Position numbers and translations under genes: made by a program
Shown: positions 37,277 to 45,409 of the stretch, piece by piece
Layout of the letters: each line of letters starts with the position of its first letter
How positions within the stretch are numbered: position 1 is the stretch's first letter
Notes under the pieces: model-generated
Databases searched by the model: none
What the model was told of the DNA's origin: nothing
The model's input: the letters and a program-made list of their open reading frames with translations, nothing else
NCBI GenBank assembly: GCA_017560145.1
Contig: JAFYON010000047.1
Location: 2,906-66,905 of the forward strand
Source: Clostridia bacterium
GTDB lineage: Bacteria; Bacillota; Clostridia; Oscillospirales; CAG-382
Reading direction: 5' to 3'
DNA length: 64,000 bases

Positions 37277-37960
37277 ATGTACAAATATTTACTGTGGGAT
37301 ATCGACGGCACCGTTTTGAACTTTCTTGCATCGGAAGCATATGCAATACGCGCGCTGTTTAAAAAATACAACCTCGGCGTTTGCGACGACGAAATGCTTG
37401 CGACCTATTCAAGCATAAACACGAAATATTGGAAAATGCTCGAAAGAAACGAGCTTACGAAGCCCGAAATTTTAATAGGCAGATTCCGTGAATTTTTTGA
37501 GCTTATAGGTGTCGATGTCTCGATTGCGGAAAGCTTTAATCACGATTACCAGCTTGCGCACGGCGACCATATCGAATTTGTTGACAACGCAAAGGAAATG
37601 CTTCTTTCCCAAAAGGGCAAATTCCTTCTTGCCGCGGTGACGAACGGCACAAAGCTCGCGCAAGAAAAAAAGCTTCGCCTTTCGGGGCTGGATAAGATTT
37701 TCGATCATATCTTTATTTCGGAAGACATCGGGTACGAAAAGCCGAATACGGAATTTTTCGACCACGTTTTTGCCTCTCTCGGCATAACCGATAAAAGCGA
37801 AGCTCTTATTATCGGGGATTCGCTCACGGGCGATATTAAGGGTGGCTTTAATTCGGGCATCGACACCTGTTGGTTCAACCCGTCGCATAAACCGAATAAT
37901 CTAGATCTCCCCATCACTTATGATATTTCGGACCTAACCGAACTTGAAAATATTGTATAA
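37277..37960 (+). CDS. HAD-superfamily hydrolase (YjjG-like nucleotidase subfamily)
   Basis: 227 aa. DIDGT motif I, TNG motif II and GDS..DI motif IV. Confidence 0.75.
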   Translation: MYKYLLWDIDGTVLNFLASEAYAIRALFKKYNLGVCDDEMLATYSSINTKYWKMLERNELTKPEILIGRFREFFELIGVDVSIAESFNHDYQLAHGDHIEFVDNAKEMLLSQKGKFLLAAVTNGTKLAQEKKLRLSGLDKIFDHIFISEDIGYEKPNTEFFDHVFASLGITDKSEALIIGDSLTGDIKGGFNSGIDTCWFNPSHKPNNLDLPITYDISDLTELENIV

Positions 37961-37961
37961 C

Positions 37962-38003
37962 AAAAAGAGCACTTTCGAAACAAACGAAAGCGCTCTTTTG
38001 TTT
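37962..38003. terminator. Bidirectional terminator (HAD hydrolase gene / mnmA)
   Basis: AAAAAGAGCACTTTCG-AAACAAA-CGAAAGCGCTCTTTTGTTT. Confidence 0.75.
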
Positions 38004-39048
38004 ATTCTATTATGCCGCCGCCGAGAAGCGTTTCGCCGTCATAAAAGACTGCCGACTGACCGGGTGTTGCCGCACGGACGGGCTCCTTTGTTTCCACAAG
38101 CAATCTGCCCTCTCCGACAGGAACGAGCCTTGCCGAAACAAAGGGCGCGCGGTAGCGTATGCGCACCTGACATTCAAAATCGCCGCTTGGGAAGTCGAGC
38201 GCCGAGAAGGATGCGTTCCTTACCGTAAAGCTTGTTGTAAAAAGATCATCGTTTCTGCCAAGGATAACGGTGTTTTTCTTCATATCCCTGCCGATAACGT
38301 AAAGCGGCTCCTTATAGGCAATACCCAAGCCCTTTCTTTGACCGACGGTATAATGGCTTTGACCCGAATGTCTGCCAAGCACCGTTCCGTCGGCAAGCAC
38401 GAAATCGCCCAAGACGTCCTTGAAATCGGCAACGCGGTTAAGAAATTCGCGGTAATCGCCGTTGGGAATAAAGCAAATGTCCTGACTGTCGCTTTTGTGC
38501 GCAACGGGGATACCGTATTGCTCGGCAAGCTCGCGCACCTCTTTTTTCGAAAATTCGCCGAGCGGAGCGATAAAATTCTTTATTTGATCTTGCGTAAGGC
38601 TCCAAAGCACGTAGCTTTGATCCTTTTCCTCGTCGGCGGCGCGGGTAATAACACGGCGATCGCCGCACTGCTTAACGCGAACGTAATGCCCCGTTGCATA
38701 TTCCTCGGCGCCGTGATCTATTGCATAATCGTAAAGCGCGCCGAATTTTAAATAACGGTTACAAACAACGCAAGGGTTTGGTGTTTCGCCGTTTGCATAA
38801 GCCGAAATGAAATCGCCGACAACGGTTTTTCGGAATTCGTCCTTTAAATCAACGGTATGATGGGGTACGGATAACGAATCGCAAAGCTTTTTCGCATCGT
38901 TCGCCTCGGAGGGCGAGCAATTCGGCACAAGCTCTTCGCCGAAATTGATCATTGTAACGCCTTCGACGTCAAAGCCCTTTTCACGCAGAAGCAAAAGCGC
39001 GGTCGCACTGTCGACACCGCCGCTTACCGCGACAAAGCATTTTTTCAT
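38002..39048 (-). CDS. mnmA: tRNA 2-thiouridine(34) synthase
   Basis: PP-loop AVSGGVDS. Start at 39048 (MKKCFVAVSGG) after GGAGGTG. The track start at 39093 is an extension. Confidence 0.9.
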   Translation of the reverse strand: MKKCFVAVSGGVDSATALLLLREKGFDVEGVTMINFGEELVPNCSPSEANDAKKLCDSLSVPHHTVDLKDEFRKTVVGDFISAYANGETPNPCVVCNRYLKFGALYDYAIDHGAEEYATGHYVRVKQCGDRRVITRAADEEKDQSYVLWSLTQDQIKNFIAPLGEFSKKEVRELAEQYGIPVAHKSDSQDICFIPNGDYREFLNRVADFKDVLGDFVLADGTVLGRHSGQSHYTVGQRKGLGIAYKEPLYVIGRDMKKNTVILGRNDDLFTTSFTVRNASFSALDFPSGDFECQVRIRYRAPFVSARLVPVGEGRLLVETKEPVRAATPGQSAVFYDGETLLGGGIIE

Positions 39049-39177
39049 TCCGACACCTCCAAAAAAATCTTTTTTATATTCTACCACAAGCAAATAAATG
39101 TTGCAACCGATTTTGTCATAATATTCGCCTCTTTCGTGTATTAATTATATAGACACGAATCAAAGGAAGGCTTGATT

Positions 39178-40446
39178 ATGAAAAAAACGATAGCTGTGAT
39201 TTTATCTATTCTAATGACGTTTTTTCTTGTTTCCTGCTCAAGCGGAAACGAAAGCGTTACCGACAACACGCTTAACCGACCGCCCGCTTTTTCGATATTG
39301 GAAAAGCAATTAACGCTTAAAAAGCATAGCGAAAAGGGTGTGACGGCAACCTTTGACAAGGAGGAGTTCAAGGCGCTTATCGGCGAGGATCTTACCTACG
39401 TAAAGGTCGCAACCCTTCCCGAGCATAATCTCGGCACGCTTATTTACAAGGGCGCCGCGGTAATTTTGGGTCAGACCATCCCCGCAGCCTCGCTTGAATA
39501 TCTTAAATTCGTCCCCAACGGCGAAACCGAGCTTGCGGCGTTCGGCTTTTCCTGCGATGCAAAAAGCTTCAACGGAAAAGAGATCAAATGCGAGATATCC
39601 TTTACCGACGGCAAAAATCTTGCACCCGTGGTTTTTGACAGCGATATGAAAACCGTTTCGGGGATCGGATGCGAATCGAAGCTTGAAATCAACGAGCCGA
39701 ACGGCGACAAGTTTAAGGTGAACGTTATCACCTATCCTCGCGACGGTAGGATCGAGATCACAGAGGACGGAAGGATAACCTACGTCCCCAACCCCGACTT
39801 TTCGGGCAAGGATACGCTCGTTTACACGGTCACCGATTGTTTCGGCGCGACCTCCGAGCGCGCAACGCTTTTGATAAACGTCGAGGAAAACGAAAGCAAG
39901 CTGGTGTTTGCAGATATGCAGGACAGTACAGACCATTTGTATGCATATCGCGTTTGCTCTGCCGACGTGATGGTTTACCGCATCACCGACGGAAAATATT
40001 ATTTCGATCCCGAAGCCGCCGTTTCGAAAATTGAATTTTTGGTTATGATGATGAACGCCGCAGGACTCGATGCCGAAATCGCCGCAGTTGCCGACAGTGC
40101 GGTAAGCGACGACACCGCGTTGTCATCGGGACTAAAGGGCTATCTTTCTGCCGCAAACGAGCAAAATCTTATCAAGCTTGACAACGGCGCCTTTTCCCCG
40201 TTTGAAAAGATCACGGTTGCGGATGCCGCTTATATGATAAGCGCGGCGCTTAAGCTGCCCGAGGGCAATTCCGAAAGCGTTAGCACCGGCACGCAGGACC
40301 GCACTCTTTCCGCGATACTTGCGGCAAGCAAGGCAGGCTTTTTTGAATCGCTTTCGCCATCGCACACGCTTACAAAACAGGAAACCGCAAACGCGCTTTG
40401 CAGGATGATAGATTATATAAACGAGAACAATATACCTCTGTCGTAA
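39178..40446 (+). CDS. Surface lipoprotein with Ig/cadherin-like domain and SLH-like C-terminal repeats
   Basis: Lipobox FLVSCSSG after RBS AAGGAAGG. Cadherin-like segment YVPNPDFSGKDTLVYTVTD. C-terminal FADM...YFDPEAAVSKIEFLVMMMNAAGL resembles SLH modules. Confidence 0.55.
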   Translation: MKKTIAVILSILMTFFLVSCSSGNESVTDNTLNRPPAFSILEKQLTLKKHSEKGVTATFDKEEFKALIGEDLTYVKVATLPEHNLGTLIYKGAAVILGQTIPAASLEYLKFVPNGETELAAFGFSCDAKSFNGKEIKCEISFTDGKNLAPVVFDSDMKTVSGIGCESKLEINEPNGDKFKVNVITYPRDGRIEITEDGRITYVPNPDFSGKDTLVYTVTDCFGATSERATLLINVEENESKLVFADMQDSTDHLYAYRVCSADVMVYRITDGKYYFDPEAAVSKIEFLVMMMNAAGLDAEIAAVADSAVSDDTALSSGLKGYLSAANEQNLIKLDNGAFSPFEKITVADAAYMISAALKLPEGNSESVSTGTQDRTLSAILAASKAGFFESLSPSHTLTKQETANALCRMIDYINENNIPLS

Positions 40447-40458
40447 CGGCAGAGGTAT
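40432..40458 (+). repeat. 27-nt hairpin repeat, copy 1 (overlaps last 5 codons and stop of CDS 39178..40446)
   Basis: ATACCTCTGTCGTAACGGCAGAGGTAT. 12-bp stem (one G-U), TAA loop. Identical to 40706-40732. Confidence 0.9.
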
Positions 40459-40515
40459 CAGATCGAAGACAAATGGGACATTTACACCCTTGAAAAAAAA
40501 GAAAACAGCAATACG

Positions 40516-40557
40516 AAAAGATCACTTTCAAAACAAACGGAAGTGATCTTTGATTTT
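40516..40557 (+). terminator. Canonical intrinsic terminator 70 nt downstream of the SLH lipoprotein gene
   Basis: AAAAGATCACTT...AAGTGATCTTTGATTTT. Lies between the two copies of the 27-nt hairpin. Confidence 0.65.
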
Positions 40558-40705
40558 ATTTAAGGAATTAAAAATTCATTGTATTTTCAAGGGTTTTGAA
40601 GAAAAACTCGACTGTCGTAGATTTCTACGCCGACGCTCGCTTTTCTTCAAAACTGCCCTCATTTCTCTTGGTCTGTATCAGTTTGCAGACTTTATCTGCA
40701 AACTG

Positions 40706-40732
40706 ATACCTCTGTCGTAACGGCAGAGGTAT
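40706..40732 (+). repeat. 27-nt hairpin repeat, copy 2 (intergenic)
   Basis: Identical 27-mer in the same orientation. Preceded by a second hairpin TATCAGTTTGCAG...CTGCAAACTGATA (40676-40708). Confidence 0.9.
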
Positions 40733-40771
40733 TAATTTTATGCTCTTCTGCAACAAAAATCGACAAAACGA

Positions 40772-40800
40772 TTGATTTATCCGCAAACCTATGATAAACT
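40772..40800 (+). promoter_or_regulatory. Promoter of zinc-ribbon paralog 1
   Basis: AAAACGATTGATT -35 region, 17-nt spacer, TGATAAACT extended -10. The same architecture occurs at 41302-41330. Confidence 0.55.
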
Positions 40801-40832
40801 GTTAACAGAATATATTTCGGAGGTTTTATAAA

Positions 40833-41276
40833 ATGTTTTGCGAAAAATGCGGCTTTAACAATAACGACGGCGCTTCCTTTTGCCAGAATTGCGGCGCGCC
40901 TATAAACAATGCGCCCAACCAAATTTATCCGCCCTATCAGCCCCCCGTTCAAACCATCAAGCCCAAAATTCCTTCGTTGGGTATGGGCATCACCTCGATG
41001 GTGCTCGGTGCAACCACCTGTGCGTTCCTCTGCTATGCGGTTATCATCTTCCCCTGCGCTATAATCGGTCTTATTCTCGGTTGCATGGCAAATTCCCGTG
41101 CGAAGGCAGTCGGACTTAAAAACGGCTTTGCGACCGCCGGCATCATCACCTCTGTGATTGGTCTTGTAATGGTCGTTTTGTCGTTGATATTCTTTATCTG
41201 GATTTTTGACAGCGTAGATTCGGGCTATTATTACGACTATTATTACTATTATTTTATCAACAGCTTGCCGTTATAA
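40833..41276 (+). CDS. Zinc-ribbon plus DUF4190-type membrane protein (paralog 1)
   Basis: N-terminal CEKCG...CQNCG zinc ribbon, Pro/Gln linker and two TM helices around the conserved GLILGCMANSRAKAVGLKNGFATAGIITS. Poly-Tyr C-terminus. Confidence 0.65.
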   Translation: MFCEKCGFNNNDGASFCQNCGAPINNAPNQIYPPYQPPVQTIKPKIPSLGMGITSMVLGATTCAFLCYAVIIFPCAIIGLILGCMANSRAKAVGLKNGFATAGIITSVIGLVMVVLSLIFFIWIFDSVDSGYYYDYYYYYFINSLPL

Positions 41277-41301
41277 AAGATATTGTTTTTGTAAAAAACG
41301 A

Positions 41302-41330
41302 TTGATTTTAGAAAAAACATGTGATAAACT
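41302..41330 (+). promoter_or_regulatory. Promoter of zinc-ribbon paralog 2
   Basis: AAAACGATTGATT -35 region, 17-nt spacer, TGATAAACT extended -10. Confidence 0.55.
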
Positions 41331-41362
41331 AGTACAAACAAATTTTTAAGGAGATATTCAAT

Positions 41363-41842
41363 ATGTTCTGTCCAAACTGTGGCTCGAATAACGCCGACGG
41401 TGCAGCTTTCTGCGCTAATTGTGGCACCAAGCTCGATAATCAACAACCTCAGCAGGAGGCTCAGCCTCAATATCAGCAACCCCAGTATCAACAACCCCAG
41501 TATCAACAACCCCAGTATCAGCAACCCCAACAGCAGTATCAGGCTCCCTATCAGCCTCCTTACGTTCCCACTGCTCCCGTTGCAGTTCCCGGCAAGGCAC
41601 TTGGCATCGTTGGTATGATCCTCGGTATCATTTCCGTTTCTTTCTTCTGCCTTCTCTACTACTTCACCTTTATTTTCAGCATCCCCGGTCTTATCCTCGG
41701 TTGCATCGGTAACAGCAAGGCAAAGAGCGTTGGCGCAAAGAACGGCATGGCAGTTGCAGGTATCATTACCTCGGCTATCAGCATAGGCTTAAGCGTTATC
41801 TTCATCTTCTTGGTAGTTTTGGGCGTATACGCTGCATATTAA
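41363..41842 (+). CDS. Zinc-ribbon plus DUF4190-type membrane protein (paralog 2)
   Basis: CPNCG...CANCG zinc ribbon, (PQYQQ)x4 linker, then GLILGCIGNSKAKSVGAKNGMAVAGIITS. RBS AAGGAGA. Confidence 0.65.
   Translation: MFCPNCGSNNADGAAFCANCGTKLDNQQPQQEAQPQYQQPQYQQPQYQQPQYQQPQQQYQAPYQPPYVPTAPVAVPGKALGIVGMILGIISVSFFCLLYYFTFIFSIPGLILGCIGNSKAKSVGAKNGMAVAGIITSAISIGLSVIFIFLVVLGVYAAY
41465..41524 (+). repeat. In-frame 15-bp tandem repeat x4 encoding (PQYQQ)4
   Basis: CCTCAATATCAGCAA / CCCCAGTATCAACAA / CCCCAGTATCAACAA / CCCCAGTATCAGCAA. Confidence 0.9.
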
Positions 41843-41851
41843 TTGCAAAAT

Positions 41852-41886
41852 AAAACCTGCGATTCATTCGCAGGTTTTTCTTTTTA
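41852..41886. terminator. Bidirectional terminator (zinc-ribbon paralog 2 / rlmH)
   Basis: AAAACCTGCG-ATTCATT-CGCAGGTTTTTCTTTTT. Confidence 0.8.
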
Positions 41887-42354
41887 TTTATGGTATTTCT
41901 TTCCGCCGTTTATTGAAAACGCGCGATAAACCTGTTCGGCGAGCATAACCCGTGCAAGCATGTGAGGAAAGGTCATTTTCGACATCGACAAGCGAAGATC
42001 GCATTCGCGCTTTAACGCTTCGTCAAGCCCAAAGGACGAGCCGATTATAAAGCATATCGGGCGCGTTTCGTTTGAAAAGACGTATGCCAGCTCGACGCTC
42101 GAAAGCTGCTTACCCTCGATACACATTGCGATTTTCAGCGCGTTTTTCGGTATTGCCGATCGGATCCCGTTCGCTTCCTTTTCGAGCGCGCGCAGAATAA
42201 GCTTTTCGGAATCCTCGCCAAAGCAGGATTCCTCTTTTATGCAAACCGTCTTGTAATCGCAAAACGCCTTCAATCGCTTGATATATTCATTTTCGGCATC
42301 CTTGAAATATTTTTCTTTAAAATCACCAACGTGAATTATTGTTACAGAGTTCAT
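41884..42354 (-). CDS. rlmH: 23S rRNA (pseudouridine1915-N3)-methyltransferase
   Basis: 156 aa SPOUT protein of RlmH length and pattern (GK..K..Y......EY.KRL, C-terminal HxLxRxxLxEQxYRA). Confidence 0.9.
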   Translation of the reverse strand: MNSVTIIHVGDFKEKYFKDAENEYIKRLKAFCDYKTVCIKEESCFGEDSEKLILRALEKEANGIRSAIPKNALKIAMCIEGKQLSSVELAYVFSNETRPICFIIGSSFGLDEALKRECDLRLSMSKMTFPHMLARVMLAEQVYRAFSINGGKKYHK

Positions 42355-42359
42355 AATTG

Positions 42360-42950
42360 TTATTTCTTTCTTTTTCTTGCGTTAACGGTTTTCTTTTTTC
42401 TTACCGAAAATCCGAAATCTCCGATCTTTTTGCCGAGGGTAAAATAATCGCCGTGCGAATAAGCAAGAAGGTCTGCACGCTCGAGCATCAGTTTTCCCTT
42501 TTCGTCGATTATCGATTCATCGACCGAAACGGCAACGATATCGGCAATAAACATATCGTGCGAGCCGAGCGGAACAATTCTGTCGACCTTGCATTCAAGC
42601 GTAAGCGGACATTCGGCAACGCTTTTGCAGGAAACCGCAAAGGAGTCTGATTTGGTAAGCTTGGTTTCCTTGAATTTGTCGATATCCTTGCCCGATCTTA
42701 CTCCGCAGAAATCCACCGCGCGCACCATTTGGGCGGTGGGAAGATTAACGCAAAATTCGCCGCTTTCCTTAATCAGATTATATGAAAAGCGCTCGGGTCT
42801 GACGGAAATATAAAGCTTTGGCGGTTGGGTGCAAACAATACCCGTCCAACCGATAGTTATTAAATTGTCCTTTTCGCCGTTCGAGCTTGAAACAAGCACC
42901 GACGGCACGGGCGCCAAAAGCGCGCCGCCCTTCCATTGCTGTTTAGACAT
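42360..42950 (-). CDS. Flavin reductase-like FMN-binding protein
   Basis: 196 aa. Split-barrel flavin reductase pattern (NLITIGWTG, ISVRP.R.SY.LI...GEF.VNL). Confidence 0.8.
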   Translation of the reverse strand: MSKQQWKGGALLAPVPSVLVSSSNGEKDNLITIGWTGIVCTQPPKLYISVRPERFSYNLIKESGEFCVNLPTAQMVRAVDFCGVRSGKDIDKFKETKLTKSDSFAVSCKSVAECPLTLECKVDRIVPLGSHDMFIADIVAVSVDESIIDEKGKLMLERADLLAYSHGDYFTLGKKIGDFGFSVRKKKTVNARKRKK

Positions 42951-42955
42951 AAGTT

Positions 42956-43660
42956 TTACCTATACAATAAAGAATAACATATCTCGTAAGCCATACGCAA
43001 GCCTGCCGTTGCGGGCACGAAAACGGCGCTTGAGGGGGTAGCCCTGCCGGTAATTTCGTTTCTGCCCTCGCAGCACTTACCCGGCTCTTCAAGTGAGCAA
43101 ACTACCTTTAAAGCTTCAACGCCCCTTGCTCTAAGCTCCTTGCGCATAATACGCGCCAAAGGATCGCCCGAGGTTTTGAAGATATCGGTTACAGTTATTT
43201 GCGACGGGTCAAGACGGTTTCCCGTGCCCATCGAGGAAATTATCGGAACCTTTAATTCATTCGCCGATGTAATAAGCAAAAGCTTGCTCGTTACGGTATC
43301 GATACAATCTGCGATATAATCGTATTGCAAAAGATCTATCTCGCCCTTCGTTTCGGCGGAATAAAACAAATTCACGCTTGTCACTTCGCAATCGGGGTTG
43401 ATATCCTTAAGCCTTTCGGCGCACACCCTTGCCTTTTCCATTCCCTCGGTAGAGGTAAGTGCGATTATTTGGCGGTTTTTGTTGGTTTCGGAAACAACGT
43501 CGCCGTCAACCACGGTAATTCTTCCGATACCGCATCTTACCAATGCCTCGGCACACCAAGAGCCGACACCGCCAACACCGAAAACGATAATGCTTGAATT
43601 ATTCAGTTTTTTAACGCCGTCCTCGCCAATAAGCGGAAGCGACCTTTCAAGCAAGCTCAT
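42956..43660 (-). CDS. tcdA: tRNA threonylcarbamoyladenosine dehydratase (ThiF/E1-like)
   Basis: 234 aa. Rossmann motif VFGVGGVGSW and TcdA-like length. Confidence 0.8.
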   Translation of the reverse strand: MSLLERSLPLIGEDGVKKLNNSSIIVFGVGGVGSWCAEALVRCGIGRITVVDGDVVSETNKNRQIIALTSTEGMEKARVCAERLKDINPDCEVTSVNLFYSAETKGEIDLLQYDYIADCIDTVTSKLLLITSANELKVPIISSMGTGNRLDPSQITVTDIFKTSGDPLARIMRKELRARGVEALKVVCSLEEPGKCCEGRNEITGRATPSSAVFVPATAGLRMAYEICYSLLYR

Positions 43661-43678
43661 AATAACACCTTTTAAATT

Positions 43679-45409
43679 TTACTGCTTTTCAAACGGGTTT
43701 ATTGCATCGACCACAGCCGACCAATATTTTTCATAGGTTACAAAGCCGGGGGCACTGCCCGAGGGCTTTTTAAGCGAGCGAACACGGGTATAATCGACCT
43801 CTACGTTGCGGCTTCCGCGCTTTTCGCTGAAATACGCCGCTATCATCGCCGCCTCGGTATAATCGCGGTCGGTAGGCTCCTCGCTTCCGTTGGGGGTCAA
43901 AATAACGTGCGACCCGTGGAAGCCCTTTATATGGAACCAAAGCTCGTTTCTGTCCGCGCCGCCGGTGAGTGCATCGTTCTGGCGGTTGTTACGTCCCACG
44001 CGAAGAAGCAATCCATCGGTTGTGGTGAAGGAAAGCGGCTTGGACGGAGGCGTTTTTTTCTTTTTGTCGCCAACCGATTTATCCGAAACAAATCCGCCCT
44101 CTGCAAGCTCAAGCTTGATTTCCGCAAGCTCCTTTGGACTTGCCGCACGGTCGATAAAGCCGATAACGCCAACCAAGTAATCGCAAACCGATTCGGTCTT
44201 TTGAATCTGCTCGGCAAGCATTACCGAAGCGCGCTTCATTTTTGAGTATTTTTTGTAATAACGCTGTGCATTTTTCGCAGGGGCAAGCGAAACGTCGAGC
44301 GAAACGGTGATTTCGTTGCCCGATTCGTAATCCATACCCGTAACCTCGCTGTCGCCCTGACGGATACGGTAAATGTTTGCGGTCACCACGTCGCCGCGGA
44401 TGCGCATATCCTCCATCGCATCGCAATCCTTAAGCTCGGACTTTAAAAGCGCAAGCTTCTTTTGCGAGCGCGAAAGATGGGAATTTACGGTTTTTAATAT
44501 CTCGCGCGAATATCTGCCGATGTTTACCGATTCCTCTTTACGACCGAAATAATCGGTAAGAAGCGCCGAAAAGCTTTCGTATTCGCGTATCACTGCGGCT
44601 TCGCCGTATTGAGAAAGGCGGATAAAGGAATATTCAACGCCGTTGTTTTCGCTATCGTATACCGCGTTCGGCACAAAATCGCAACCGTTAAGCACGGCAA
44701 CAAGCTTTTTGAATTCATCAAGCAGCTTCGGCGCATTTTCGGCACAAAGCTCGGTTTCGGGATCACCAAACGCGCGGCAGGCAACCTCCCGTGCCACAAC
44801 GGGCGAAAAGCCTAAAAAGCTTTTAAGCAAAAAGTCGCAGGCACGTGCTCCGCTCTTTTCCTCGCAAAGCGAAAGAAAGGATGCATCGTCGACCGCAAAA
44901 ACAGAAATTTTATCCTGCTTTGGCGGTTGCTCGTAAGTAAGCCCTGCCATAATACTGCGCACGCCCGAGGTAATATCCGACGTCGAGCTTGCCGCAAGTA
45001 TTCTGTCCTTATCGTCGGTAAGGATAATATTTGAATATTTGCCCATCATCTCGGCATAAATGAATTTACGCTTTATATATCCCATTTCGTCGGCAGAATC
45101 GAAAACGAAGCGGATAATACGCTCGTTTTCAACCCATTCGGCGGCTATAAAGCGGCCGTTTTGCAGATGCTTTCTGTAAAGCATACATATCGGCGTAGGC
45201 GTATCGGGACGGGCAACCGATTCCTCGGTTATGGCAAGTATCGGACGCGCGGCTGACGCGGATATGACGAAATTACCGCGCTTTCCGTCGCGGTATATTT
45301 GGAAGTAGAAGCAGGTTTGCGAGCTTTGGTGAATTTTTTCAACCCTCGCGCCTGCCCATTTATTCAATTCCTGCGCTACTGCGGCGCAAAAAAGTCCGTC
45401 AAATGCCAT
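43679..45409 (-). CDS. rqcH: Ribosome quality control factor RqcH (NFACT/FbpA family)
   Basis: MAFDGLF N-terminus at 45409 and C-terminal NFACT-R region (WFHIKGFHGSHVIL). Confidence 0.85.
   Translation of the reverse strand: MAFDGLFCAAVAQELNKWAGARVEKIHQSSQTCFYFQIYRDGKRGNFVISASAARPILAITEESVARPDTPTPICMLYRKHLQNGRFIAAEWVENERIIRFVFDSADEMGYIKRKFIYAEMMGKYSNIILTDDKDRILAASSTSDITSGVRSIMAGLTYEQPPKQDKISVFAVDDASFLSLCEEKSGARACDFLLKSFLGFSPVVAREVACRAFGDPETELCAENAPKLLDEFKKLVAVLNGCDFVPNAVYDSENNGVEYSFIRLSQYGEAAVIREYESFSALLTDYFGRKEESVNIGRYSREILKTVNSHLSRSQKKLALLKSELKDCDAMEDMRIRGDVVTANIYRIRQGDSEVTGMDYESGNEITVSLDVSLAPAKNAQRYYKKYSKMKRASVMLAEQIQKTESVCDYLVGVIGFIDRAASPKELAEIKLELAEGGFVSDKSVGDKKKKTPPSKPLSFTTTDGLLLRVGRNNRQNDALTGGADRNELWFHIKGFHGSHVILTPNGSEEPTDRDYTEAAMIAAYFSEKRGSRNVEVDYTRVRSLKKPSGSAPGFVTYEKYWSAVVDAINPFEKQ

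Noticed and set aside
40550-40720. 56-codon TTG-initiated frame (LILFKELKIHC...FICKLIPLS) between the two 27-nt hairpin copies. It ends with the same IPLS-stop as the upstream gene.
   Set aside because: It has no ATG. It starts inside the T-tract of a terminator, and its ending is a by-product of the duplicated hairpin. There is no independent coding signal.
41465-41524. The short tandem repeats here, and the repeat of about 84 nt at 34358-34496, considered as possible CRISPR arrays.
   Set aside because: The first is an in-frame coding repeat with no spacers. The second has only two degenerate units, and no cas genes are present.
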